NCBI GenBank assembly: GCA_963818475.1
Contig: CAWFSF010000006.1
Span: 192,001 to 256,000 of the forward strand
Source: Nitrospirota bacterium
GTDB lineage: Bacteria > Nitrospirota > UBA9217
Length of the DNA stretch: 64,000 bases
Direction of reading: 5' to 3'
In this document: piece after piece, positions 56,939 through 64,000 of the stretch
How the letters are laid out: each line of letters begins with the position of its first letter
Position numbering within the stretch: position 1 is the stretch's first letter
Translations under genes and position numbers: made by a program
The notes under the pieces: generated by a model
What the model was told of the DNA's origin: nothing
Seen by the model: only the letters and a program-made list of their open reading frames with translations
Databases searched by the model: none

Positions 56939-58856
56939 CTTCAGAATGGTCCTCAAGGAGCGATTCGGACTCAAGGTCATTACGGCATTCATTATCGTCA
57001 TCGCTGCGTCCTTCACCCTCTATACGGTCGTCTGGGCGGTCTATGAGATCGGCAGGCTCAGGCACAAGCTCGAGGACCAGGGTATCATGCTGACATCGCT
57101 CCTCGCGCGGGGGGCCGTGGTGGGCATCTTCACGGAGAACGAGGCGGAGCTCAAGCGGTCGGCGGCGGATGTCCTGAAGCTGCCCGACGTGGTGTCCGTG
57201 TCGCTGTTCAATGCAGAAGGACGGATGCTCTACCGGGGCAGCAGAATGGTCGGACGGCCCGGTCCCGGGACGTTGCCGGAGCGAAATGCACCGGGTCCGC
57301 CGGCTGGCACGGAGTTGGAGATCGCGGACCAGGCGGACGCGGTCAGTATCTCCCGGCCAGTCTTCAGCGCGTCTCTAGCCGATACGGATGAAACGCTGTA
57401 TTTCGGCTCGTCGACCGGTCTCGCGCGGGAGCGGATGATCGGTCATGTCCTGATCGTGATGAGCAAGGACAGCTACCGCAGCGAGATCGTCGCGCTCGTG
57501 GGAAGGAATTTGGGATTGATGGCGCTGTTCATCGCGGTAAGCGGCATTGTCGTGTGGGGCGCGGTCCGCAAGGTCACGCGTCCGCTCGAGCGGCTGACCG
57601 AGAGCGTAAGGGACTTCGAACGGGGGGTGCCGGTGGAGCCGGCGCCAGTCGAGACCGGAGACGAAATCGGAAGGCTGGCATCGGCATTCAACGACATGGT
57701 CGCGGCACGGCGGAAAACGGAGCTGTCCCTGCGCGAGAGCGAGGAGCGCTACCGGCGGCTTGTCGAACTCTCCCCGGACGCGATCTACGTGCAGCTTGAG
57801 GGAAGGATCGTCTTCATCAATAATGCGGGCGCGAGACTGCTGGGGGTGTCCGCTCCCGCGGACATCCTGGACCGGAAGGTCCTGGACCGCATTCATGAGG
57901 AAGACCACGAGACCGTCGTGAAACGGGCACTACAGGTCGAGGAAGAGGGGCGCGTCGTCACCTTCCTCCCGGTCAGGTATCTCCAGCCCGGCGGGACGGT
58001 CGTGGATGCCGAAGTGGCCGCCGCGCCCTTCCCGTTCCAGGGCAAGAGCGCCGTGCTGGTCATGGCCCGCGATATCACGGAGCGCAAGAGCCTGGAGGAG
58101 CTGGTCAGAGCATACCAGCGGGAACTGCATTCCGTGGAAAACGCAATGTCCTCGCTGGAATCGCAGATCGAGGAACGGGAGCGGCATCTTATTGCAGCGG
58201 ACCTGCATGATCATGTCGGCCAGAACCTGGTGGCGTCGCTGTTCAAATTGGGGCTCATGCAAAAGGGGATTTCTGCGCCCGGCGCGCTCAGGCACCTGGA
58301 GGAGATCCGCGATCTTCTCGGCCAGACCATCCAGTATACGAGGTCGTTGACTGTCGAACTCAGCCCGCCGGTCCTGTCGGAGATCGGTTTCAAGGCCGCG
58401 GTGGAGTCCCTGGCGGAGGGAATCGAAGCGGCTTACGGAATAACGGTCGCCGTCGAGGATGACGGCAGGTCCGATCTGATCGGCGAAAACGTCCGGAACC
58501 CGCTCTTCCGGTGCGTGCGCGAGCTGCTCATGAACGCCGTCAAACATTCCCGGGCGAGCGGCGTCGTGGTCTCCCTGGGAAGGGACAACGACCGGATAAG
58601 AATTACCGTTGTTGATAACGGGACGGGGTTCGATGCATCGGCGGTAACCGGGAAAAAGTCGGGGTTCGGGCTGTTCTCTGTCAGGGAGCGGATAAAGAGG
58701 CTGGGCGGCTCGTGCAGGATCGAAAGCCGGCCGGGGTCCGGAACAAAGGTTGTCCTGGAGGCGCCCTTGAAAGAGGACGTACAAGATAAAAATCTCGGGA
58801 GGGGCGCACCGGAAACAGGACAGGTCTTCGACAGGATAACAGGATCGACAGGATAA
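56925..58856 (+). CDS. Membrane sensor histidine kinase (HAMP-PAS-HisKA_3)
   Basis: Two TMs, DEIGRLASAFN, ESEERYR..PDAI, ERHLIAADLHD, DNGTGF, GFGL. Confidence 0.93.
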   Translation: MPMNSFRMVLKERFGLKVITAFIIVIAASFTLYTVVWAVYEIGRLRHKLEDQGIMLTSLLARGAVVGIFTENEAELKRSAADVLKLPDVVSVSLFNAEGRMLYRGSRMVGRPGPGTLPERNAPGPPAGTELEIADQADAVSISRPVFSASLADTDETLYFGSSTGLARERMIGHVLIVMSKDSYRSEIVALVGRNLGLMALFIAVSGIVVWGAVRKVTRPLERLTESVRDFERGVPVEPAPVETGDEIGRLASAFNDMVAARRKTELSLRESEERYRRLVELSPDAIYVQLEGRIVFINNAGARLLGVSAPADILDRKVLDRIHEEDHETVVKRALQVEEEGRVVTFLPVRYLQPGGTVVDAEVAAAPFPFQGKSAVLVMARDITERKSLEELVRAYQRELHSVENAMSSLESQIEERERHLIAADLHDHVGQNLVASLFKLGLMQKGISAPGALRHLEEIRDLLGQTIQYTRSLTVELSPPVLSEIGFKAAVESLAEGIEAAYGITVAVEDDGRSDLIGENVRNPLFRCVRELLMNAVKHSRASGVVVSLGRDNDRIRITVVDNGTGFDASAVTGKKSGFGLFSVRERIKRLGGSCRIESRPGSGTKVVLEAPLKEDVQDKNLGRGAPETGQVFDRITGSTG

Positions 58857-58931
58857 ATCCGTATCCGCTTTTTTTCCGGTAGCCCTGTCAAAAAACTCGT
58901 TGGTTCCGATTTGTAACCGAAAAGGGGTGGC

Positions 58932-59765
58932 ATGAGCATCCGGATACTTCTTGCTGACGATCATAAACTGCTGCGCGAGGGGCTGCGCTCGTTGATATCC
59001 GAACAGTCGGACATGTCGGTGGTAGCGGAGGCCGAGGACGGCAGGTCCGCTGTTCAACTGGCAGCCAGACTATCGCCGGATATTGTGATCATGGACATTT
59101 CGATGCCGGGAATGAACGGTATCGAAGCTACACGACTGATCGTGGCGGAAAATCCCGCCGTGAAGATCATGGCCCTATCAATGCATCTGGACCGGCGCAT
59201 GGTGCTGGAAATGTTCAAAGCCGGCGCATCCGGCTATCTCCTGAAGGAATGCGCTTTTGATGAGGTGGTCCATGCCGTGCAGCTCGTTGCGTCGAAAGGC
59301 ATCTATCTCAGTCCGAGGGTCGCAGACGTTCTTCTCAAGGACTATATTCACGGCGTCCAGAAGGGAGAACTGGCACCGTTATCCGAAGTGCCGAAGCAGG
59401 AGCGGGCAGTTCTTCACCTGCTGGAGGATGGCAAAGATATGAAAGATATCGTTTCCGCTCTTCATATAAGCATCAAGAATGCCGAGTCCTGCCGCAGGCA
59501 GATGATCCTTGATCGCATCCTGCCGTATCTTCTCCGCGCACAGAGTGAAACTGCGGCTGGATTTGCCGTCTCACTGACGCCGCGGGAACGGGAAATCCTA
59601 ATCTGGGTCAAGGACGGCAAGAGCACCGGTGAGATCGCATCCATTCTCACAATAAGCCAGGACACTGTGAAATTTCATATGAAAAACGTATTCCAGAAAC
59701 TCAATGCCATCAGCAGGTCGCAGGCCATCGCCATCGCGATCGAGAACAAGCTCATAGAGTCTTGA
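58932..59765 (+). CDS. NarL-type response regulator with two tandem LuxR-type HTH domains
   Basis: LLADDH, IMDISMP, GYLLK; HTH1 QERAVLHLLEDGK; HTH2 LTPREREILIWVKDGKS..TVKFH. Confidence 0.9.
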   Translation: MSIRILLADDHKLLREGLRSLISEQSDMSVVAEAEDGRSAVQLAARLSPDIVIMDISMPGMNGIEATRLIVAENPAVKIMALSMHLDRRMVLEMFKAGASGYLLKECAFDEVVHAVQLVASKGIYLSPRVADVLLKDYIHGVQKGELAPLSEVPKQERAVLHLLEDGKDMKDIVSALHISIKNAESCRRQMILDRILPYLLRAQSETAAGFAVSLTPREREILIWVKDGKSTGEIASILTISQDTVKFHMKNVFQKLNAISRSQAIAIAIENKLIES

Positions 59766-59937
59766 TCGCGATGGATCCGTATCCGCCGAACAGATCAAGG
59801 CCCTGCCAGTAAGTGAAAAAGGGGATCTGCCTGTCCGCGAGAGGAGAGCATGTCCGGCATTAACACCTTGTTGAATAAGTCTTTACGAAATAGGCTGATT
59901 CGTCAACAGCTTGTTCATGCTCTCCGGGCCCCAAACA

Positions 59938-60435
59938 TCATTGAGCCTGTTCCGCCTGGACCGTTTGCGCCAGCGATATCTCTTCGGTGGAAAATACCTT
60001 GTCGATCTCAAGGACGATGATGAACCGGTCGTTCTGTTTTCCCATTCCCTGGATGAATTCCGTGTTCAGGCGCGCCCCGATCCGCGGCACCGGCTGGAGC
60101 GTGTCCGCATCCAGCTCGATCACTTCCTGCACGGAGTCTGCGAGGGCCCCGAGGATCGTGGTCTTCCCGTCCACCTCGATTTCCGCGATGATTACGCAGG
60201 TGTTCACCGATCTCTTCGTCACGGCCATGCCGAGCTTGAGCCCGAGGTCTACCACGGCTACCACACTTCCCCGCAGGTTGATCACTCCCCGCAGGAAGTC
60301 CGGCATCCGGGGCACCTTCGTCACGGTCGTGAAATCCAGCACTTCGCGGACCCTGGCGATGTCAAGGGCGAAAACCCCGTCGCCGAGCCCGAAGGTCAGA
60401 TACTGTTTCGTTGCTGTTATATCCGTTGTTGTCAT
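59938..60435 (-). CDS. cheW: Chemotaxis coupling protein CheW
   Basis: QYLTF, VREVL, GVINLRG, LADSVQEV. Confidence 0.95.
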   Translation of the reverse strand: MTTTDITATKQYLTFGLGDGVFALDIARVREVLDFTTVTKVPRMPDFLRGVINLRGSVVAVVDLGLKLGMAVTKRSVNTCVIIAEIEVDGKTTILGALADSVQEVIELDADTLQPVPRIGARLNTEFIQGMGKQNDRFIIVLEIDKVFSTEEISLAQTVQAEQAQ

Positions 60436-60487
60436 CGGTTCCTTTCTGCGGGTCAGAGCCGCCCCCAGGCTCCCGGTCCGTCCACTC

Positions 60488-62059
60488 CTAGAATTTCTCG
60501 AACTCCCTGTCCCGGGGGTCGCCGTTCCCGCCCGACCCATGCCGACCCATGTCGAGCGCCGCGCCGGAAGGCCGGGTCGCGCGATGCGCCGCCCCGGAAG
60601 CGGCGAGGCGCGCGATGGGGGTCAGGACGGCGGGAGCGGCCAGTGTTCGGGGTGCCGCGCTTTTCATCGCTGCGCGTGTGCTGTCGATCGTGAAGAATCC
60701 CACTGTTTCCAGGAGCTGATCCGACTGGGATGAAAGTTCCTGTGCCGTCGAGGCCATCTCCTCGGCCGATCCCGCATTCTGTTGGATCACCTTGTTCAAC
60801 TGCTGGATCGAACTGTTGATCTGGTCCGCTCCCGAGGCCTGCTCCTTGCTGGACGCGCTGATTTCCTGCACGAGTTCGGATGTTTTTTGGATATCTGGGA
60901 CGAGCCTGTTCAGCATTGCCCCGGCGTTCTCTGCCACATCGACGCTCGAGCTGGACAATTTGCCGATCTCTCCGGCAGCCACCTGGCTCCGTTCCGCGAG
61001 CTTCCGCACCTCGGCAGCCACCACGGCGAACCCCTTGCCGTGCTCGCCGGCGCGCGCTGCCTCGATCGCGGCATTCAATGCCAGCAGGTTGGTCTGCCGT
61101 GCGATCTCCTCGATTACGGAGATCTTCCCGGCAATGTCCTTCATGGCCTTAACCGCCTCGGACACGGCCTTGCCGCTCTCCAGTGCGTCGTTAGCGCTTT
61201 TTCGTGCGATCGTTTCAGTCGCTACGGCGTTGTCGGCATTCTGCCTGATCGTTGCATGCATCTCCTCGATCGATGCGGAAGCTTCTTCAGCCGAGGCCGC
61301 TTGTTCAGTCGTGCCCTGTGACATCTGCTCGGACCCGGACGATAGTTGTCTGCTGCCGAAGGCAACATTATCGGCCGCGTTCTTCACATCCGACACGACG
61401 CCTTGCAGTTTCTGCACCATGGTTCCGATGGAAATGAAGAGCTTCCCTATCTCGTCACCTGACTCGGCCGTGATGGAACGGGTCAGGTCGCCGTTGGCCA
61501 CCTGCGCGACCGCTGCGTTCAGGCGGTCGATGGGCTTCAGCGCAAGGTATCGGAAGAGCTGGTAAACGATGAGCGATACCAGGAGCATGGTCCCGATGGA
61601 CAGACCGGCGAGGATTGCCTGCGACTGCCGCAATGCGTTCCCGATGCTGGCCGTGGAATAGCCGATCCTGACCATACCGATCTTCTCGCTCTCTTGCTGG
61701 ATCGGACTGGAGAACTCTATGACGTTCGCCGTTGTCGACTCGGTCTGCCGATACTCCGTCAGCACCTTGTCTTCACGGTCCGTAACGGCAGCGAAGACGA
61801 TGTTTTTATCCCCGGCGCCGACGTACCGCACCTGGTTCTCCAGTGCGGCGAAGTTGAAGCTCAGAATCGGCTCAGCGGAAATCGCCGCCAGGATCCTCGC
61901 CACGTTCTCGCCCTTCCCGCTGAGCTCGTTCACGAGCACCCTCTTTTCATGGGCGTTGATGACGAGGCCCATGGCGGTGAAGATCAGCAGAAGGCCTAGC
62001 AGGATGCTCACCAGGAATTTTCTGGTGAGCGTCCAGTGGAACAGAAAACTGTTTGTCAT
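60488..62059 (-). CDS. Methyl-accepting chemotaxis protein
   Basis: Two TMs, [35 protein letters not shown]-terminal EFEKF pentapeptide. Confidence 0.96.
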   Translation of the reverse strand: MTNSFLFHWTLTRKFLVSILLGLLLIFTAMGLVINAHEKRVLVNELSGKGENVARILAAISAEPILSFNFAALENQVRYVGAGDKNIVFAAVTDREDKVLTEYRQTESTTANVIEFSSPIQQESEKIGMVRIGYSTASIGNALRQSQAILAGLSIGTMLLVSLIVYQLFRYLALKPIDRLNAAVAQVANGDLTRSITAESGDEIGKLFISIGTMVQKLQGVVSDVKNAADNVAFGSRQLSSGSEQMSQGTTEQAASAEEASASIEEMHATIRQNADNAVATETIARKSANDALESGKAVSEAVKAMKDIAGKISVIEEIARQTNLLALNAAIEAARAGEHGKGFAVVAAEVRKLAERSQVAAGEIGKLSSSSVDVAENAGAMLNRLVPDIQKTSELVQEISASSKEQASGADQINSSIQQLNKVIQQNAGSAEEMASTAQELSSQSDQLLETVGFFTIDSTRAAMKSAAPRTLAAPAVLTPIARLAASGAAHRATRPSGAALDMGRHGSGGNGDPRDREFEKF

Positions 62060-62130
62060 GGTTTCATCTCCTTGTTCGCGCCGCCACCGTCCGCCGAAAC
62101 GGGGACCCGGGCCGCGACGCGGTTCGCGTC

Positions 62131-62994
62131 CTAGAGCGCCCCGGCTACCTTCGCGGCCTTCCGGAGCTCGTCGTACTCCTTGTCGATGATCGGGATAAAG
62201 CCGGTAAGCCGTGCCGGACCGAGGATATTCTCGTTCTGCGGGTCGTTCGGCTTCAGCTTGAGCAGGGCGGTCCGTATCTTTGCCGCCATCTCCGGCTTCA
62301 GCTTCGGCGTGGCGAAGAATGGCCAGTTGGGGAAATAGTCGGTATAGCCCACGATCCTGATCTGGGAAATATCCAGCTTGCCCTTCATCTTTTCCAGCTC
62401 GTCTTCCCGGATGCCGCCTGCATCGGCAGTCTTGTTGAATACGGCCGTGGTGATGTTCTCATGCTTCTTCGCAAAGGGAAGGAGAGAAATGTCCTTGTTG
62501 ACGTCGAACCCCGCCTTGCTCAAAAGCAGCATCTGAAAGATGTACCCCGCGGCGGAATCCTTGTCCATGAAGACGAACTTCTTTCCTTTCAGGTCCTGGA
62601 TCTTGTTGAAGCCGCTGTCCTTTCTCACGATAATGATCCCGCGGAACCGGGTGCCGCTCTTCACCTCCGATGACAGGGCGAGGGGTTCAATGTTGCTCAT
62701 CTCCTTCGCCTGGACATAGATGAGCGGATTTGCGAACCCCACATCCATCTGTCCCGTTTTTACGGCGTCCTTGAAAGCATTGAAGTCCTTGGGGATCACG
62801 ATGGTAACCTTTTCCCCGGTTTCCCTGCTCAAGTACTCGGCAAGGGGACTATACATGGCCTGCAGCTCAGGCGCGCTGAGGCGGGGCAGCGTCCCGAACT
62901 TGATCTCCGCCGAAGCAACGCCTGCCCCGAACGCGATGAACGCCGCGACAACAAGCACAACCGTCATTACCGTCTTCATGAAACTCCTCTTCAT
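62131..62994 (-). CDS. Phosphonate/phosphite-type substrate-binding protein (PhnD family)
   Basis: Signal peptide; [33 protein letters not shown]. Confidence 0.85.
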   Translation of the reverse strand: MKRSFMKTVMTVVLVVAAFIAFGAGVASAEIKFGTLPRLSAPELQAMYSPLAEYLSRETGEKVTIVIPKDFNAFKDAVKTGQMDVGFANPLIYVQAKEMSNIEPLALSSEVKSGTRFRGIIIVRKDSGFNKIQDLKGKKFVFMDKDSAAGYIFQMLLLSKAGFDVNKDISLLPFAKKHENITTAVFNKTADAGGIREDELEKMKGKLDISQIRIVGYTDYFPNWPFFATPKLKPEMAAKIRTALLKLKPNDPQNENILGPARLTGFIPIIDKEYDELRKAAKVAGAL

Positions 62995-63177
62995 ACAACC
63001 TCCTTTTGTTATGGTTATTTATTTTGCTGCTCAAGTATCAAATTATGCTCAGCAAGAGAATGAACGATCAAGCCCTTCATTCAGGATCACCAGGAAACGC
63101 AAAGTCTTGACATCCGATGCCCGCTCTGTTCGTCCCCCCCGGTTTCCTGTTCTGAGCCTGTCCTGCTGCGGACTGGA

Positions 63178-64000
63178 TCATGCAACCCGGCCGCCCACCC
63201 TGCTCCAACTGGCCTCCAGAAGGCGCTCCCGCACCATGCGCAGGTAGTCCGCCCGGAATTTCCGCAGCTGATAATCGCGGTAATTGCTCTCCCTGAGATC
63301 GGCCCATGCCTGCAGCTTGTTCGCTTCGTTCCGTTTTCTGGCAGCGGCGATCATCTCGTGCGTTATGACCGCCGGGCGCGTAGTGAGCTTTTCGTATCCG
63401 TAGTAGTCCATAAATTCGCCTGTCAGGGTCTCGATGACGGCGATCTCATCGAGGGACAGTGTCTTCTTGAACTTGTCGATGTTTGCCGGAATGGGAGCTT
63501 TGGCATTGGATTCCCACAGGGAGGACATGACTGAGATCTTCCGGGCCTCTTGAGAGCGGGAGACGTCGAGCATGGCGGGAAAATATTCGATGCCGAAGAA
63601 CGAACAGATCTTCCTGAGCACGGCCTCCTGGCTGGACACGAAGTCCTCGTAGCGGATGGTCAGGACCCTTTTTGGGTACCTGTCCGCAAGCTTTTTGCCC
63701 GCTTCATAGGCATTCACCCAGATCATGGTGTTCAGGAGCGTGTCGAAATCGTGAATGATGGCCTTGTTCATACTGCTGACCTGGGCGCGCGGATCGCGCA
63801 CCACGTTCAGGAACAGGAGGTCGTCGAAAAGCGACATCAGCTCGTCCGCGTTCTGCACGCTGTCCAGCGATTTATCCATGACGACGCGGGCCCCCCGTTT
63901 CGCGCCTGCCTGGAACAGCAGCTCTGCGACCACCCGGTGCACGCTCCGCGGTTCGTCCTTGACGGCGTTTAATATTTCTTCCGGATCGAAGACCACGTCG
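63178..64000 (-). CDS. Sulfotransferase family protein (5' end outside window)
   Basis: MDKS, VVRDPR (PAPS 3'-phosphate motif), IRYEDFV. Confidence 0.82.
   Translation of the reverse strand, partial: DVVFDPEEILNAVKDEPRSVHRVVAELLFQAGAKRGARVVMDKSLDSVQNADELMSLFDDLLFLNVVRDPRAQVSSMNKAIIHDFDTLLNTMIWVNAYEAGKKLADRYPKRVLTIRYEDFVSSQEAVLRKICSFFGIEYFPAMLDVSRSQEARKISVMSSLWESNAKAPIPANIDKFKKTLSLDEIAVIETLTGEFMDYYGYEKLTTRPAVITHEMIAAARKRNEANKLQAWADLRESNYRDYQLRKFRADYLRMVRERLLEASWSRVGGRVA

Noticed and set aside
62995-63177. Possible c-di-GMP riboswitch upstream of the SBP-MCP-cheW unit
   Set aside because: No GEMM consensus found on the coding strand.

Overview
GC-rich chromosomal segment of a diderm bacterium. 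The gene set and protein style look Nitrospirota/Desulfobacterota-like, which is an inference. The backbone is housekeeping: cdaA, folP, ftsH, hpt, tilS, tRNA-Met, rpsU, der, leuS-lptE-holA, rpsT, murJ, guaB, rluB, tsaB-rimI, a class V aminotransferase, serA, purA, tRNA-Lys and tRNA-Glu. Many conserved genes carry single-base frameshifts, most likely assembly indels. Three accessory zones stand out. (1) 23.7-29.2 kb holds an intact IS1182-like element next to a candidate attI site, followed by an integrase-less array of six attC cassettes. (2) 41.5-51.2 kb holds tandem islands at tRNA-Glu. They carry a DUF4062 domain fused to a catalytically degenerate DnaB domain (candidate decoy-triggered anti-phage effector), a HEPN-like protein, higBA, a primase-helicase and a group II intron. 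(3) 52.2-59.8 kb is a geopeptide-like RiPP locus: TonB receptor, an unannotated 33-aa precursor, radical SAM/SPASM maturase, binding protein, histidine kinase and a double-HTH regulator, with an upstream palindrome; it resembles a peptide signalling circuit. Other notable items are a DUF1573-like gene with an in-frame UGA plus SECIS-like hairpin, a receiver-LpxC fusion, a missed 4-Cys microprotein and many short-period repeats at gene junctions. All family assignments come from motif recognition; no database search was run.
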